From Nemertoderma westbladi (lineage: Eukaryota > Animalia > Xenacoelomorpha): a stretch of DNA of 49,892 nucleotides. Below the pieces are notes generated by a model. It was not told the origin of the DNA and did no database searches. It saw nothing but the letters and a program-made list of their open reading frames with translations. This document shows, in pieces, positions 49,383-49,892 of the stretch. Position 1 is the stretch's first letter. Every line of letters starts with the position of its first letter. The DNA lies in assembly GCA_032718475.1 (NCBI GenBank), contig JAUCBJ010003190.1, forward strand, positions 1 through 49,892. Reading direction: 5' to 3'. The position numbers were made by a program, and so were the translations under genes.

Positions 49383-49892
49383 CACTCAATTTTGGGATCT
49401 AAATACATTTGTGTTGTTTCTTAAAACAACAATGTTTTAAAAAACAACAGTGTTGTTTCTTAGTTGGTAATTGGAAATTGAAACCACATCCCCGATCAGG
49501 TCTCCAATCCGAGACAACTTCCTACACTTCTTCGATTTGTTATTCTCTTGATTTTGCGTAGAATAAGATCGATGTGACAAAAAAGTTATAATCTGGAATG
49601 TCACTGGTTATTATGATTGCTTTGTTTCTGCCAACCGAACCACTGACCGTTGGCCTAGGTCCACCTGACGCCATGATATGATATTCAAATATTTTATACA
49701 GAAATCAAGTAGAAAACAAGCAGTAGTCCTACATAAAGAAGCGATAAAAGGTCTATAATTTTCACTTTTCTAAATCTGCCCTTCTAATTGTGGTTTTCTA
49801 AACAAATTTATATTTTCTAAATTTTTTCAAACCTTAGAAACTAAGCACAACTTTGAAAATAACCGCTGCCCCTGCCTTCTTCTGATGACAAC

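Noticed and set aside
49412-49458. Short TGTTGTTT/AAACAACA inverted repeats beside the array end
   Set aside because: Short, low-complexity and with no associated element.
49540-49674. Minus-strand ATG-initiated short frame (MASGGPRPTVSGSVGRNK...)
   Set aside because: Stops after ~44 codons, with no recognisable homology or clear splice donor.

Overview
Eukaryotic, most likely animal, genomic DNA in two parts. The first ~19.9 kb is gene-bearing and AT-rich. It holds a 5'-truncated, intron-free Piezo channel ORF, a tRNA-derived SINE-like element with a 14-bp target-site duplication (TSD), and a decayed RTE-like LINE split by a young, intact Ty1/Copia LTR retrotransposon (266-bp LTRs differing at one base by eye, 5-bp TSD, half-tRNA-iMet primer site). 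These are followed by a palindromic MITE-like repeat cluster, an intronless pyruvate dehydrogenase kinase gene, an isolated terminal exon resembling HAUS4, and a two-exon MGME1 gene. The remaining ~29.5 kb (19906-49382) is a complete interstitial satellite of 36/46-bp monomers with regional variant domains and kb-scale internal duplications. Two of its commonest SNPs each independently perfect the same quasi-palindrome, and nearly every monomer carries a TACTAAC branch-point/STAR-protein motif. I cannot establish a new multi-gene system. The most unusual observations are the satellite's internal logic, the possible nesting of intronless genes in a HAUS4 intron, and the footprint beside the Copia insertion. 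All alignments were done by eye and all family calls come from remembered motifs, not database searches.
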